Shown piece after piece: positions 1-12,900 of a DNA stretch of 64,000 nucleotides (its first letter is position 1; the number at the start of each line of letters is the position of its first letter). The DNA comes from Euglena gracilis (Eukaryota). The stretch spans positions 18,462,642 to 18,526,641 of the forward strand of contig CP154954.1 of assembly GCA_039621445.1 (NCBI GenBank), read 5' to 3'. Position numbers and translations under genes: made by a program. Under the pieces are notes generated by a model that worked only from the letters and a program-made list of their open reading frames with translations, searched no databases and was not told the DNA's origin.

Positions 1-60
1 TGCTCCCCACTGGAGGTCCTGGACAAATGTGTAATACCAACTGGCATTCCAATTCCACGT

Positions 61-200
61 TTAGGGTTAGGGTTTTGGGTTATTGGTGCAGGATTGGGTT
101 AGTGTTCAGGTTAGGAGGGTTGGGGTTAGGATTCATCCTGTTACGACTAAATTTCGATGAAAATTGGGCCTAATTCAGCTAAATTTAGGGCTTGGCCTTA
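61..200 (+). repeat. Degenerate TTAGGG-like tract with GGCCTAA motifs; probable remnant of the telomere-repeat-bearing foldback family
   Basis: ttagggttagggttttgggtt...ggggttagg, then tgggcctaattcagctaaatttaggg; same motif order as the interiors of 17873-18370 and 49511-49990. Confidence 0.45.
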
Positions 201-1301
201 TTTAACGGGGGGGGGGGAGGGATTGGGGCTAGATAAAATTAGAACCGGCAAAATTGGAAGCCGAAAAAATTTGTGCCAAACCTGAAAACAGGCCCGGAAA
301 AAATTGGCAGGATTTTTTATGTGAAAACGTCCAGTTATGGCAAAAGTTCTTTCATGGCAACCAAAAAATTGGGGGGAAATGGGAAAAAATTGGCAGGATT
401 TTCAAAAAAGGGCCAGAAAAAATTGGCAGGATTTCTATACGCCAATTTTTTCGCAAACAATTTTTTGGGCCTCCAATTCCCCCCCCCCCCGGTAACTTTA
501 GCCCTCTTCTGAACGACAATTGCAGCTCTAACCATCGAAAGTCCCGTCAGTTTGCGGAAAGTGGAAAGTACCACGCCAAAGTCCTTGGAGACTAAATCGT
601 TGTGACGGAGTCAGCAGACTGTCTGGGGCTGGTGTGACCAATCTTTGAGGGATGGCAGCGGATTCAGCCTATTTTGCACAACTGCCGCCAGGTTTTGTTG
701 TTAGACCCCTGGCCACAGCAGGGCTGAGCAGGACTCCCAGCATTCCTACGGCCTGGAAACTGGGGTGGGACCCCATCCCCAACAAACGTTTTGAGGGGGT
801 GTGGCCGCATGCCTTCCATCTCAGCCATTTCGGAATCGTGTCACCCCCATCCGTCAATTAAAAGACAGATGTATACCAGGAACGGCAGCTCAAATTGGGT
901 ACCCCAACCATTTACACCGACGTCTTGCTACGTCACTTTCACTTGAAAGCCTGGGGGGAAGTTAGTTTAAATGGGTCAAAATGCTCGTCTGGGGGGGGGG
1001 GGACGAAGCGACCTGCATATGTCCTCTCCCCTGCAGAGATGTCAGAATCTCTCAGTGATGTTCCATCTGTGCATGTTTCGCCAAAAAGTAGACACTGGGG
1101 TGAGCCTGAACGCTCGTCTTGTGTTTTCTACGACCTTCTTGCGCTTTGCTGCGCTTTACCTCGGTGCGCACTGGATGCGGGAGAGGGGTTTTTTCAACCC
1201 CTTTTTCAACCCCTGGGGGGCAGGGGTGGCCTGGGCCGTCTGGCGCTCAGAGGAAGCTGCCGCGGGTTTGCCTCTCTGTTCTGAATGGGCGTAACTGAGG
1301 G

Positions 1302-1352
1302 CACACTTGGGTCGGAAGGAGCTCCCCCCAGGCTCCTTCCGACCCAAGTGTG
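1302..1352. other. Perfect 21-bp stem hairpin; possible orphan end of a GGCA-terminated foldback element
   Basis: CACACTTGGGTCGGAAGGAGC, 9-nt loop, GCTCCTTCCGACCCAAGTGTG; preceded by GG, giving a GGCA start at 1300. Confidence 0.6.
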
Positions 1353-4300
1353 AGTGCTTGTGGGGACGTGTGTTGTCAGTCTGTGTTGCGGTTCCGCCGC
1401 AAGCTGGCAGGTGGGGTATCATCAGGGTCGATGGCCCTGCGACCGTCGTCCCTGATCGATCTTGTCTGTGGTTAGATACGCGCTGTGCTGCACCCTCCCC
1501 CAGGGATGGGGGAGGGGTGGGGCAGAAAAAATGAGCCCAAAAACAAGGCAACCCGGGGAGGAAAAATGTCTCCACTGTGTAGGACTGCGCCCTCCGGGAC
1601 ACCACCCTTTGGGGAAGGCTAACCAAGGCCCTTCCAGTTGCAAAAACTTCGCAATTCAAGGAAACTCCAGGTGAAAAAATGATTTCTAGCATCCTTGGGG
1701 CAATACAGCTGGTCAGTGAAAAAATAGCCACAGGAAGGGGTATATGGTCATTTTTTGGCTGTTTTTGGCCCTTTTTTTTATTTCAACCACTTTGGCAGCT
1801 CCTGACTTAAGCTGGGGGTGGGGGGGATTGTAGTCAACCAGTTAGAAAAGCCAAGTCCACATGCAAGTTGCACCCCCTCTGGCTCGGACCATGTGAACTT
1901 CGACTAATGGCGTAAAGTGGAGCCCCTACAATACCCCACAGTACCCAACAGTACCCCACACCCCCCACACATCCCCCCGCACCCCCCCCCCACTGCCCCA
2001 CACCCCCCACACCCCCCCAGATATTGACAGGCATCTCTGCACATATGGCATAAAGCGGAGCCCCCACACTTATGTGCGGGGTGTGTGGGGGGCGGGCCCA
2101 TCGGCCAGGACTCGCAGAAAACCAGAAACAGCCAGCCTCAAGGGCTGATATCGGGGCCTGCCAAAGGTCCCCAACGGAGGAAAGGACTGAGAGCCGTAGG
2201 GGGACTTGGGGAAACGACGAGGGGGAAGAGGACCCCTCTGTTTGGATGGGTCGGGATTGGGTGCAGTGCTGGGCACGACTGATGCCCTCTGGCAGACTCC
2301 GAACCCAACCCCCTGCCAACAAAGAGCCGTCTGTCGTCTCTAACAGGGCTGTGTGGGGGTCCAGGGTCCAGTCCCTTTGGTTTCATGGAGGGGAAATCCA
2401 CACCAACGAAACAACGGATGATCATTCCGATGGGCGTTCAGCACTGGTCCGAAACATAAAAAAAAATATCGCTGAATTTCTTTTCAAAAAAGCAGTTCAG
2501 ACAAGCACCTAAACACCGAAGTGTTTAGGTATTTTGGAAGGGGGGGGGACACTTGCTTCCGCAACCCCTCACTTTTGGCTGCTGCAGCTGAGCAGAACCA
2601 CCCCACCTCATGCATTTGTTGCCATCAGGTTCAGCGAGCAACCTTCCCAGCCAGCTGAAGGACCCTCGCCTTTTGTCTTGAGGGATCCATAACCGGAAGC
2701 GTGGACGGTACGAGGACCAGGAACGCCCTGGGATAGGTCAAACTTCTTGCACATTTCGCATTTAAAAAGTAAACAAACGTCCTAGCCTAAGGTTTGTGGC
2801 TGCCCAGAGCTGGGCTTTCTCAGTTTATTCGAGCACATTGCAACTGAAACCTCAAAAAAAAGACACTCCAAAATAAGCCTCCCCCCGAAAATAGACCCGG
2901 TGCATTTCAGCAAAAAAAAAACCTATCCTCCTCTCGGGATTTTTGAACCGCCCTCTGAAACGGTGAAAATGCCCCAAAATGGGCATCCATTTTTTTTGAA
3001 ATTTTTCTATTTTCACACATTTTGAATGTGTTAAAATTGGCACTTTTGAGGAAATATTGAAAAAAAACTTGGAAAATTTTGGCTCGTGGCCCAAAATTGT
3101 CCATTTTAGGGCTACCTCCCGCGGGATGGCTTTTTTTAACAGAAATGAAAAAAAATTGGACTCCCAAAAAAAAAAAAGCACACACCCCAGGGATTTACAG
3201 CAACGGACCCAAAAGGAGACCTGGGTTTCATTTGGGGGTGGGGTATTTCCAATTGACTGCACTGGCGCAAAGCGATTCAAATGATTCCCACTGACGGTCG
3301 CGAGCCCACCCTTGCAATTTTGTATGCCAGCAATGCCCCCTCCCACCAGGTGAGTATGATGAGCCTGCAAGACGGAGAGCGGGGGCAGGCCACAGGATAG
3401 CATCCCCAACAGGGGGGGGGGGGGGGGGTCCCGCTCAAGAGGCTGGAAAGGTGGAAAAGCTTCGTCCAGGCTGCTGGATCAACCCCCTGAATGAGGTCTC
3501 CTGGCTGGAACTGGGCCTGACTTGGGGTCCAACTGGGGTCCAACTCCTCAAAAAAAAAATTAATAAAAAGCCTGCAAATCAGCAACTATTCAAAAAAAAA
3601 TCGATCTTTTGATCCCAAGTTTGAGGTACGCAGTCAATTCTTGGCCCAGTTTACCCATGTTTTCACCCACGTTGCACCCTCAAAGGCAAAATACATTCGG
3701 AGGGGCTGGACAAGAATGAAAACTCTTAATGATGGGGCCAAGGGGAGATCGCGAGCTGGAAAAAGGCTGCTGGCGGGGAAAAGGCTGCTGGTTGGCTGGG
3801 GTGGGGTCCCCCTCCGGCTTCATTGACCCCCTGGTGCCAAAACCATGCAACAGTTGCTTGCAAGCATCATCACAAACCCGGCATTCCCCCCCCCTATGCG
3901 CTGGGTGTGGGGACAAATTTGGGGGGCACCTTCAAATGAAAGGACCAAAGGCCAGATGCCAGAGGAGAGGGAGAAAACAGAAGGGAAAAAAAACCATTTC
4001 CCATTTTTGTGTACCTTCCATCACCTACAACTGAATGCATACTGAGGACCTTCTGGAAGACTCTAAGGCACAACTTATAACCTCCCCCCCCGCACAAATG
4101 GCCCTCCTTTTGAGCCGACAAAAAACCGTACAGGTCCTAAAACCAACCAAAGGACGACCCGGGCGGAATTTGGGTTGTGGAGAAAATATCCTGGAAATGG
4201 GGATCCCAAAACCTTCAAAATGAAACCTTTCCTATTTTTTTGGAGTTATTTTTGCCCTCCCACTTGGAATGCTCAAATACCCCAACGGATACATAGGGGA

Positions 4301-4502
4301 CAACAATTGTTGTTGGAACAGGAGTGTTTGTTGGCAAATGGTGTTCATTCAATACAGTGAGGGGACACAAAGGCCACATAGTTCATCAAACCCCACCAGA
4401 GAGGAGATTTCGGACAAGCTGGAATTCTGCTCAAAGAAATCGACTTTTTGCTGAGAACTGGTGGGAGGCGGTTGAGATGAAAAGTCACAGTTTGGGGAGT
4501 AC

Positions 4503-4611
4503 CATAGTCATGTGGCCTGGGTGCGGTTCGGGCAGCTTCGGAGCCCTGCAGCTGCAGCCACAGGTCGGACTTGCCGGGGAGATGCTGCATGAGGCTGAAC
4601 GGCGCCGCCAT
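4503..4611 (-). CDS. Probable first coding exon of an unknown protein (MAAPFSLMQHLPGKSDLWLQLQGSEAARTAPRPHDY), paralog A
   Basis: Paralogous to 38959-39066 with mostly third-position synonymous changes; ctctcttctaacAG acceptor 32 nt upstream of ATG; GT at 4502-4501. Confidence 0.6.
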
Positions 4612-5812
4612 GTGGTTTGGGGGGCACGGAACGCTGGAGAACCCTGTTAGAAGAGAGGTGGGATGGGTGGCGGGAAGGCCAGGGATTAGATTGAGACCTC
4701 TGGACCTTCGGATGATCAGACGTTGGAGGCGGATCGCCTCCAACCGGGTGGACCGCCTCATTTTTGATATCAAAAAAGGTATACGATTCAAGCGTGATCA
4801 AAGAAACAATTCAACAAAAAAAGACACAACGCACACACTGGGACACGCATGTGTGCGAAGGCACAACCACTGCCAAATCGCTCGAGGAGCACATTTTGCC
4901 TCCCACGATACCCCCCAGAGGCCCATGGGATAACTTTCTCGGAATGGGCAGGATGTGTCCTAAGACCTCTCACAACTTGTGCTGCATGCGCACGTTTACA
5001 ACATTTTACAACCCTTTGGGGAAAAGTAGTACTAAAAAGAAAACCCTCTGAACACGTTCATGAATAGGAGAGAATCTCATTCATAATTATTTGTGGTTGT
5101 TTGGGTCATTTGATCATTCGGCGTGACCATTTGGATTTTGAAAAATTCCCAAAATTGTGCTAATTCATGATTCGAAGGAATCCCCGGTACCTAACGAATG
5201 AGCATACACATCTTTCAATTAAGATTTTCCCAACATCTTTCATCTTTTTTTCCTGTCTTTCTCCCCATGCTTCCAAATTTGCACTTTTTCATTATTGCGA
5301 AACAGACAATTTGGTGTTGGACACCAAAAAAAAGATGGGAGCAAGAAAAAACACAGCTGTCCAAACCTTCAAAAATTCAGCTACCAAAAGAAGGTTGGGA
5401 AACCGTGGATTTGGGACCAATACTATTGTTAGTTGGGATTTAAAAGAATGGGCCTTGTGGGGCTGTGCTCCTCCACCAAATCCACTGTTTGCCGTCCACA
5501 TTAACAAAAGAGACTGAAAGTGATCACCTGAATGGCTTCAGTTGTTCGCAAAAAAAATTGTTGTGCAACAGAATTTTTCCCATTTCAGGCCACGTTAGGC
5601 AATTTTAGGCCATTTTAGCTATAAGTGCCTAACCTCCACTGCCCCCCACCCCTGAGGAGTGGGCCCGGAACCAAGGTTGCCTGTGTTTTAAATTTGTTAG
5701 GTTTGGGGAGGTATTGCAAAAACTGGAGCCTTCACTAGACATTTATCCCCACCCCCTTCCACACCCCCCCCACCCCCCACACCCCCCACACCCCCCACAC
5801 CCCCCCCCCCAC

Positions 5813-6171
5813 CATACAATTGCTTACCGCCCCCGGGGGGGGGGGGGGGGGAGGGGGGTCACTCCACTTTTTTAAAAACCAGTCAGTCACTCATTTTCAA
5901 AAAACCAGCCAGTCACTACCCCCCCGGGGGGGGGGGGGGGTCGGCCACTCAGAAAAACGGCCACTTTCCAGTCACTTTAGGCCATTTTAGGCCCAAAAAA
6001 TTTTCCGGCGCCTTCGGCGCCGGGGTCACTCAAGCCACTTTTGCCTACTCCTGGCCGACCCCCCCCGGGGGGGGTCCGGGCCAAAAACCAGTCAGTCACT
6101 CTGAAAAAACCAGTCACCCACCCCCGGGGGGGGGGGGGGGGGGGGTCGGTCAGTGCTTAAGCAATTGCCTG
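5813..6171. mobile_element. hAT-like MITE (CAGGC(A/T)(A/T)TTGCTTAAG TIR group)
   Basis: Left CATACAATTGCTTA, right CTTAAGCAATTGCCTG; 8-bp TSD CCCCCCAC (5805-5812, 6172-6179); central GGCGCC-TTC-GGCGCC hairpin. Confidence 0.75.
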
Positions 6172-7592
6172 CCCCCCACACACACTGGACCACCCCTCAT
6201 CGATGGCCGTATGTATTGCAAAAACGGAGCCCCAGCGATGCCATAAATAGCTATTTTTCCTTTTGGAGTTCGCCATTTTTTGATTTTTCGATTTCATTTT
6301 TGCTCGGATTTCGAAAAATCTTCCGGTGGCCGCATATATTATTATTATACATATATTATATATAATAATATATAAATATATAATATATTATATTATATTA
6401 TTATTACGGAGCCCGCACTGCCCGCCAAGCACCTATAATTGACCCCCAGATTTTCGGCATTTTCGGCCATTTTCGGCCATTTTCGGCCATTTTCGGTCAT
6501 TTTTTTCCTAGAGGTGGGGGGTAAAGCTGCCTTAAAATTCCTTCATACCAACAATGCATTTTGATCATTCAGTCAACATGAAAGCAGTCGTGACAAGCAA
6601 ACGCATCCAAGGAGGTCCGTTTGGAATGGGTGCTCAGGGATTAAAGAGGTCAAAGAGTTTTTTGTTGCAATATGCAAATGCAAGGTTTTGGGAATAGGCT
6701 TCTTATTTACTGCCAGAGAGACTCTTATCCACTTTGGTCTTTTTTTTTGCTGGGGGTTCTTGGGACGCTTCATGAGAGTGGTTGGCACATGACATATTAA
6801 CCACAATGGTGGATGGCAACACCAAAACTGTTGCTTTTCTCTTCAAGCCCCTAGGCATGGATGCTTTTCACAAACAACTTCCCCTCACTTATTCCAACTT
6901 GATACCCCAAGCAACATTGTTTGATGGTGGCACTGTTAGATCCCATCCACTTGTGTGCAATAAACCTAATGCAGGAATCACACCTTCAACGGAGAAAAAA
7001 ACGTTTCACATACTTTGCCTGGTTGCACCTTGTCACCACAATTTTCTGAAATGTCGTCAAAACCATCGGCTTTGGCCCAAATAACCCTTTCGGACGTGGT
7101 TCTTTGAGCAGCATGTGTTGCAGGGCCAGGCATAATTACAAAGAAGAGAGGCTGCACAGAGACAAGAATCAGTCACACTGAAAATTGCCTAGAAAACTGA
7201 AAGGCAAAAAAAAACTCGAAAATTTTGCAAAATTTTTTTCTCATTTTCGGCCATTTTTGGCCGTTTTTGGCCATTTTTGGCCATTTTCGGCCATTTTCGG
7301 GACCCCCAAGGAAAGAGCACAAAATTTCATTTTCGGCCATTTTCCGCCATTTTCGGCCATTTTTGGCCATTTTTACTATAAGTGCTTGCTGCCCGCGCCC
7401 CCCCCCCCGCACCCCCCCCATTATCACTAACCCCCCCACCTCCCTCCCCCCCCTTACCACCAACACCAGGTTTTGAATAGTGCTGAGCTCTTAGCTCTAA
7501 GCGCGCACCCACCCCGTCATTGACCCCCCCCCACATAAACCGGCCCACCCCATGGAACTCTTTTGACTGAGATGCAAGGGTTTTGTGCCTGA

Positions 7593-8020
7593 AACGGGGC
7601 GCTGGGGGGGGGGGTCAAAAAACGCTCGTCTTTGGCTCAAAAAACACCTTTTCTGGGTCCGGGAAGCCAAAAAAAACATCGTTTTGGGCAAAAAAAGTTT
7701 TTTCGATTTTTTTCGACTTTTTTTGACCCAAAAATGACCCTAACTGCTTTGGTTTCGGGCCCAAAACGGGGTGGTGGCAGGTCCAAAAACGCTCATTTTC
7801 GGCTCAAAACCAGTTTTTCAGGGTCCGGGAGGCCAAAAAACATCGTTTTGGGCTAAAAAAATGTTTCGATTTTTTTCGACTTTTTTGATCCGGTTTTGAC
7901 CCAAAGTCAATGGGTTGCCGGCCCAAAACAAGGCGCCGGGTCAAAAAACGCTCATTTTTGGCTCAAAAACAGGCTTTCCAGGTCCGGGAGTCCAAAAAAC
8001 ATCGTCTCGGGCAAAAAAAA
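7593..8020. repeat. Three tandem diverged units of about 160-170 bp
   Basis: GGTC(A/C)AAAAACGCTC...GGCTCAAAA...GGTCCGGGA...AAAACATCGT recurs at about 7613, 7780 and 7939. Confidence 0.75.
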
Positions 8021-8687
8021 AATTGGCCGAAAACGGTGTCGAACAGTGGAAAAAGTGTACAAAATGGCCTAAATTGGCCGAAAAACGGCCGTATCTCAGG
8101 CTGAGCGGGGAGTTGCGGGGAAACCAAAATCCCAGCAGATGGGGCGTTCCAAGGGCTTCAAATTAGGTCTCTGGACATTTCCTTTGATTTTGCTTCATTT
8201 TGGAGATATTTTGAAAATTGACATTTTTTTTGGCCGAAATGGCAGAGTCCAAAGGGGAGGGCTTATCCAGGGGGGGGGGGGGCCTCTCTCTGCACTGTTG
8301 TCAATCCAGTAGCACCACCAAGCTTTGGCATCATCGCCGCATCGCTTTTTTCGACCCCCCCCCAAACCATTTCCCGGTGAGAAATTGCAGTTGGACCAAA
8401 CCCGCAGCAGCTTTTTCCCCAGCCAGGTTGCAGAGCACCCTCCCTCCCACCCTGGAAGTCGACTGAAATATTATCCAACCCGACTGGAATTGCCTGCTTT
8501 TGGGTGCCAACTGAGAGCCAGCAGTACCCTTGGACCCCCCCTCTTCTTAGACGGCCAAAGTGAAAAATAAGGATTTCTCCAAAGAAATCGAAATTGTCCG
8601 CGGAACTTGCAGTGTATGAAAGCACGAGCCCGGAACGACATGCGCACGCCACACGGCACGATTGCGCGCACTTGCGCACGTAGGGAT

Positions 8688-9118
8688 CAGGCTTTTGCTT
8701 AAGGACCCCCCGGGGGGGGGGGGTACTGGCTAGCCAATCGGCTAGACACTGGAAAAAGTGGACTAGCTAGACCCTGGGGGGGGGGGGGGGAGTCCGGGGA
8801 ACCCCCGGACTGGAAAAAAAAAATTTCTTCCGGCGCTGTGCGCCGGAGGAAAAATGAGGTTTTTAACAGGTTTTGGGCTGATTTTGTTCCAAGAATTCCC
8901 AGAAATGGCCAAAAACGGGCATTTTTGGCCATTTTGGGGGGTCCCAAAAAAAATTTCGGCGCTTCGCGCCGGTCACTGGAAAAAAAATTTTCCACTAGCT
9001 AGCCCTGCTAGCAAACCCCCCGGGGGGGGTCTGCTAGAAAACCCACTAGCCAAATTTGGACTAGCTGCAGTCCAGCCCCCCCCCCGGGGGGTACTGCAAT
9101 CCCTTAAGCAAAAGCCTG
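8688..9118. mobile_element. hAT-like MITE, CTAG-rich family
   Basis: TIRs CAGGCTTTTGCTTAAGG / CCTTAAGCAAAAGCCTG; perfect TSD GTAGGGAT (8680-8687, 9119-9126); sister copy 14651-15106; paralogous empty site near 30679. Confidence 0.92.
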
Positions 9119-9508
9119 GTAGGGATGCCCCCCCCCTTCTCGGGCGCAGTTGCGCCCGTTTTGGCCCCACAATCGCGCGCATTTGCGCACGCTTTGACGG
9201 TAAGTTCAGGCGCAACTGAGCGCGATCCGACCCCTCCTGTGTGGCGTGCGCCTCGGCGCTGAGGACCTCAGAACGAGCGGTGACACTGAGGGAACCAATG
9301 GGGACATGCAGTCTTCACCACCAACCCCCCGGGAGCTGCAGAACAACAAGTCGGCCGCCGAAAAACTGCGGAACACACGCCAGGCAACAGGACCTTGAGC
9401 CCTCCACCGCCCGTGTTGGAGACCCCGAACCAGCCGAACCAGAGGGAAAAACACCCAGCACCGAATCGCGCGCACCTGCGCCTGTGGACGTAGACACTCC
9501 GTGCGCAC

Positions 9509-9978
9509 CAGGGGCACGGAGTTTTTTTTTAAAGACCGGGGGGGTCCCCCCACCACCCATCCCCTGGGGGGGGGACCACAAAAAAATGGCCGAAAAATCG
9601 CGAAAAGTGCTAAAAATAACACTTTTTCGGCGCCTTCGGCGCCGAAAAGTGTATCCCACCCCCCCCCCCTCCGGGGGGACCCCCCCCCCTCCGGGGGCGA
9701 CACATAAATAAAAAATGAGTAGTATTGGGCGATGGGGTGGGAGGAGGATAAGCAAAAAAAAAAAAAGATAAGGGCGTTTCTAGGGTGTCGATCGACTGAA
9801 ACGGGGGGACCTACGGGGGTGGCCGGGGGCGGCGAGCGGTGGGGGGGGGCCCCCCCCTCGGGCGGTTGCTCGGCCCAGACCACCCACCCTACCCCGGGGG
9901 GGGGGGGGGGGGGGCTCGGCCGCGATCCCACCCACCCTACCCCCCCCCAGGGGTCCACAACTTAAAACAAAACACCTG
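9509..9978. mobile_element. hAT-like MITE
   Basis: CAGG...TTTTTTTAAAG / CTTAAAACAAAACACCTG; perfect TSD GTGCGCAC (9501-9508, 9979-9986); sister copy 26667-26922. Confidence 0.85.
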
Positions 9979-12900
9979 GTGCGCACTTGCACGCGATTGA
10001 GGGCTGGATGAGGGAAGTTGTGACCCGGATGAAAACCCAGGCAGAGTGGTGATGCTGAATGCAAGTGTTGTGTGCATCTGGGCGCGTTAGTCATCCCCCA
10101 GCTCTTCGTCTTCATGGCCCCTATTTTGAAGCCCCTGCCAGCAAACACTACACAGGACGGTTTGAAAACGTACTAAACGAGGGGGTTAAACCTCATTGAG
10201 CTGCATGGTGAAAACGTCCCGCACGCTTGGTTCTGACACGCACCCAAAACGCCCCGATTCATTGCGACGTCTGACAACTGGTACCGCAATGGGCAGGTCT
10301 GATTCTGAGATCCCGGAAATACCCCCCTCCACAGACCCAGTTTCCGGATTACACGCAACGTCGAAACTAGTCGAAATCGGACTTGCCAAAAAAAAAGAGG
10401 GCATCCTGGACCCAAATTCAAAAAAAAAACGAGGACTCACCAATGTAAGGGTCAACTTGAACAGGCGTACCGCTGCCAAAAACAGTCATCATTTCTCGTA
10501 GTTTTTGACCCGGGAGAAGATGCACCGCGCCCACAAACAGTGCACCTTGAGGCGAGGGTGAGGGTGTCTCCATTCCCTAAACAACAGAGGGCCACTGCAC
10601 ACGGACACAGCTGCGTACGCATGCAGGCGCACCCTGCAGGCGGCCCACCTCTAATACACGTGGCGTCAAAGACCTCTGTGTGCAAGCACACTGAAGATTT
10701 CTGAGGGGGGGGGGGGTCGCGACAGGGTTTTACAGACGAGCCTGTACACAACCATCACATTGGCAAACTTTTGTTCCCAAATCGCTTGGGTTCGAGTGCA
10801 GGTGCGTCCGGGCCGGCGGACCAAACAATATATCGCCTCCGGATATAAGCCCTAGGGTACCACTTCTGGATGTCAACGTCCATTCCCTTGATAATCCTCT
10901 AACGTTCTAAGACCAGAGGTAGTGCCTTCTCCTCCTCTGTCTCCCAGCGAAAGCAAAACCTCTGCCTAGCGCAAACAGCCATTCCCTCTAAAGGTTCTCC
11001 TGCCCGAGCCCGTCACACCGGCAAGCTAAATGGAGGGCACACCCCTCACTTTCTAAACCCAACACCGTCGGGTCTGTGGGCGCATCTGCGCGCGCCTCAT
11101 GTACCAGTGTTATCCACTAACGTTTGGCATCGGGGTCTGGAGAGGCTGCAGGAAGACTTGCACACCTTTCTCACGAAGAACCGCAGCCGTCGCCTCACCT
11201 TGGCCATGCTCGCGGGGCCGGAGGCCGCACCCCCTCTCTGCGGCAAAAGCCCCCAGTTCGTGCGCAGATGCGCGCGCTTGTTGTGTTCAAACGGGCGTGG
11301 ATTGGCCGGTGGTACACACTCTGCTTACCCCACTCCAGACCACTGGCTGGGCATTTCCCCATCTCACATACCGACCGCGTGCAGATGCGCCCGTCGGGAG
11401 GTGAAAGGGACTGTACCACGGCAGGGATCACGCACCTCCTCCCGCCAGGATGTACACACGGCGTCGCCCAACGCTGCAGCACATCACCGCACCCACTACC
11501 ACATGCATGTCCGAATGGCCTCCCTGATGCTCCCAATGCTCCAACCCTGCACCCTGCACAGCACACCCCACGGCTTGCACGGCTTCGGCGGCACCGAAAA
11601 TGGCTGTTTTCGGACGTTAAAGCTTTTTCTCGGATAGTCACCAATGGGGCGCGCATGCGCGCGACCCCGCCACTGAAGACCCCTCTTCTGCCGTTGACGT
11701 CTGGCCCTCTACCGCCGTTTTCAAAGCCGAGACATGAGTGATTGTTCAATTTTTCTTTCGCTGGCCAAGGTTTCAAACCCTAGCCGTGACGACCTCTTTT
11801 CGCGTCAAAAAATGTCAATCAGACGCACTTCTCGGGGTTCACACCGCGAGACACCACAGCCATGCGCTCGCAACACGTCCGAGGGTCACCGCCAGCCGTA
11901 GTTTCAAACACGGCAAACGAAAGGCGACGGACGCGTCGCAAGTTCGCGCGCAGTTGCACCCAAATCGGCAAAGAATCTTAAATGCCACTTTGACCATCTA
12001 ATTCCTTCGGAAGGGAAGGGTCCAACCAGCACGATTTTCATGCCAGCACCTTTTTTGATATTCCAGCCGGCTGGCTGGACCCCGGGGGGACCTTAAAAAA
12101 ACGCAATGAGAGGACACTGCTGCTCGTTGTTTTCCCCTCGAATTATTCGGTTAAAAAAAACACACACTGAGTGCAAAGTCTGGGGCCCTTCCACGCAGAT
12201 GGGTGGAAGTACAGCGGGCTGAGCTGCGCTGATGGGGAACTGGGATGAGGTCGGCCGGGACTTGTGGCACGGCACTTCCAACAGCAAAACTTTGCAGCTT
12301 TTCAAAAAAAATTGATGCAAAGTGCCGTACGAAGAAAAGTGACCTTTCGGGGAGTCCTTGCTCCCTTGGCAGGACGGACACACAACATGAAGGCATGGAG
12401 ACACCCCATCGGTACCTAACTAAAAAAAAAAAAATCCTGTCCCAATACACTTCAACCGAAAAACAAGGATTTTTTACATTCAGGCGTCACTCTCCATCCA
12501 CTCCGCAATGAGAAGTGCCCCCGACTTGTGACCAAGGGTGCAGGATTCCCGCCTTTGATAAAGAGTGGTCCTCAGGACGACAAAAAATAGGCCATGCATG
12601 GGGGATGTATGACCATTTTTTGGCTGGTTTTGACCATTTTTGGCTGTTTTTGGCCATCTGTGGCCCTTTTTGACCATTTTTTGGCTACTTTTCACCATTT
12701 TTGGCCACTTTTGAGCGTTTTGGGACATTTTCGGCCAGTTGGCCTGACTGTTTGTCACTTTTTGGCTACTGTTGGCCATTACTTTTGCCAAGAGTTAACC
12801 GAAATGGCCCAAAATGGACAAAAATTCCGCCAAAGAAGTTTGGCCAATTTTGGCCAACTTTGACAATTCTCCATCTTTTGTTGCAACCTTGCACATCGTT

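Larger units (their letters stand above)
8620..10440. repeat. Old interspersed repeat, copy 1, split by two MITEs
   Basis: Collinear with 30630-31540 once MITEs 8688-9118 and 9509-9978 are removed (gcgcgatccgacccc, cacccagcaccgaa, gaaaacccaggcagag, ggttaaacctcattgagctgca). Confidence 0.8.

Noticed and set aside
2590-3350. Exon-like islands downstream of paralog A
   Set aside because: Plausible splice sites on both strands, stops in several frames, and no convincing match to paralog B candidates
12590-12870. ORFs from TTTTGGCCA-type low-complexity tracts (also 14360-14650 and 60800-61240)
   Set aside because: Degenerate ~10-bp periodic repeats open in several frames; no coding signal
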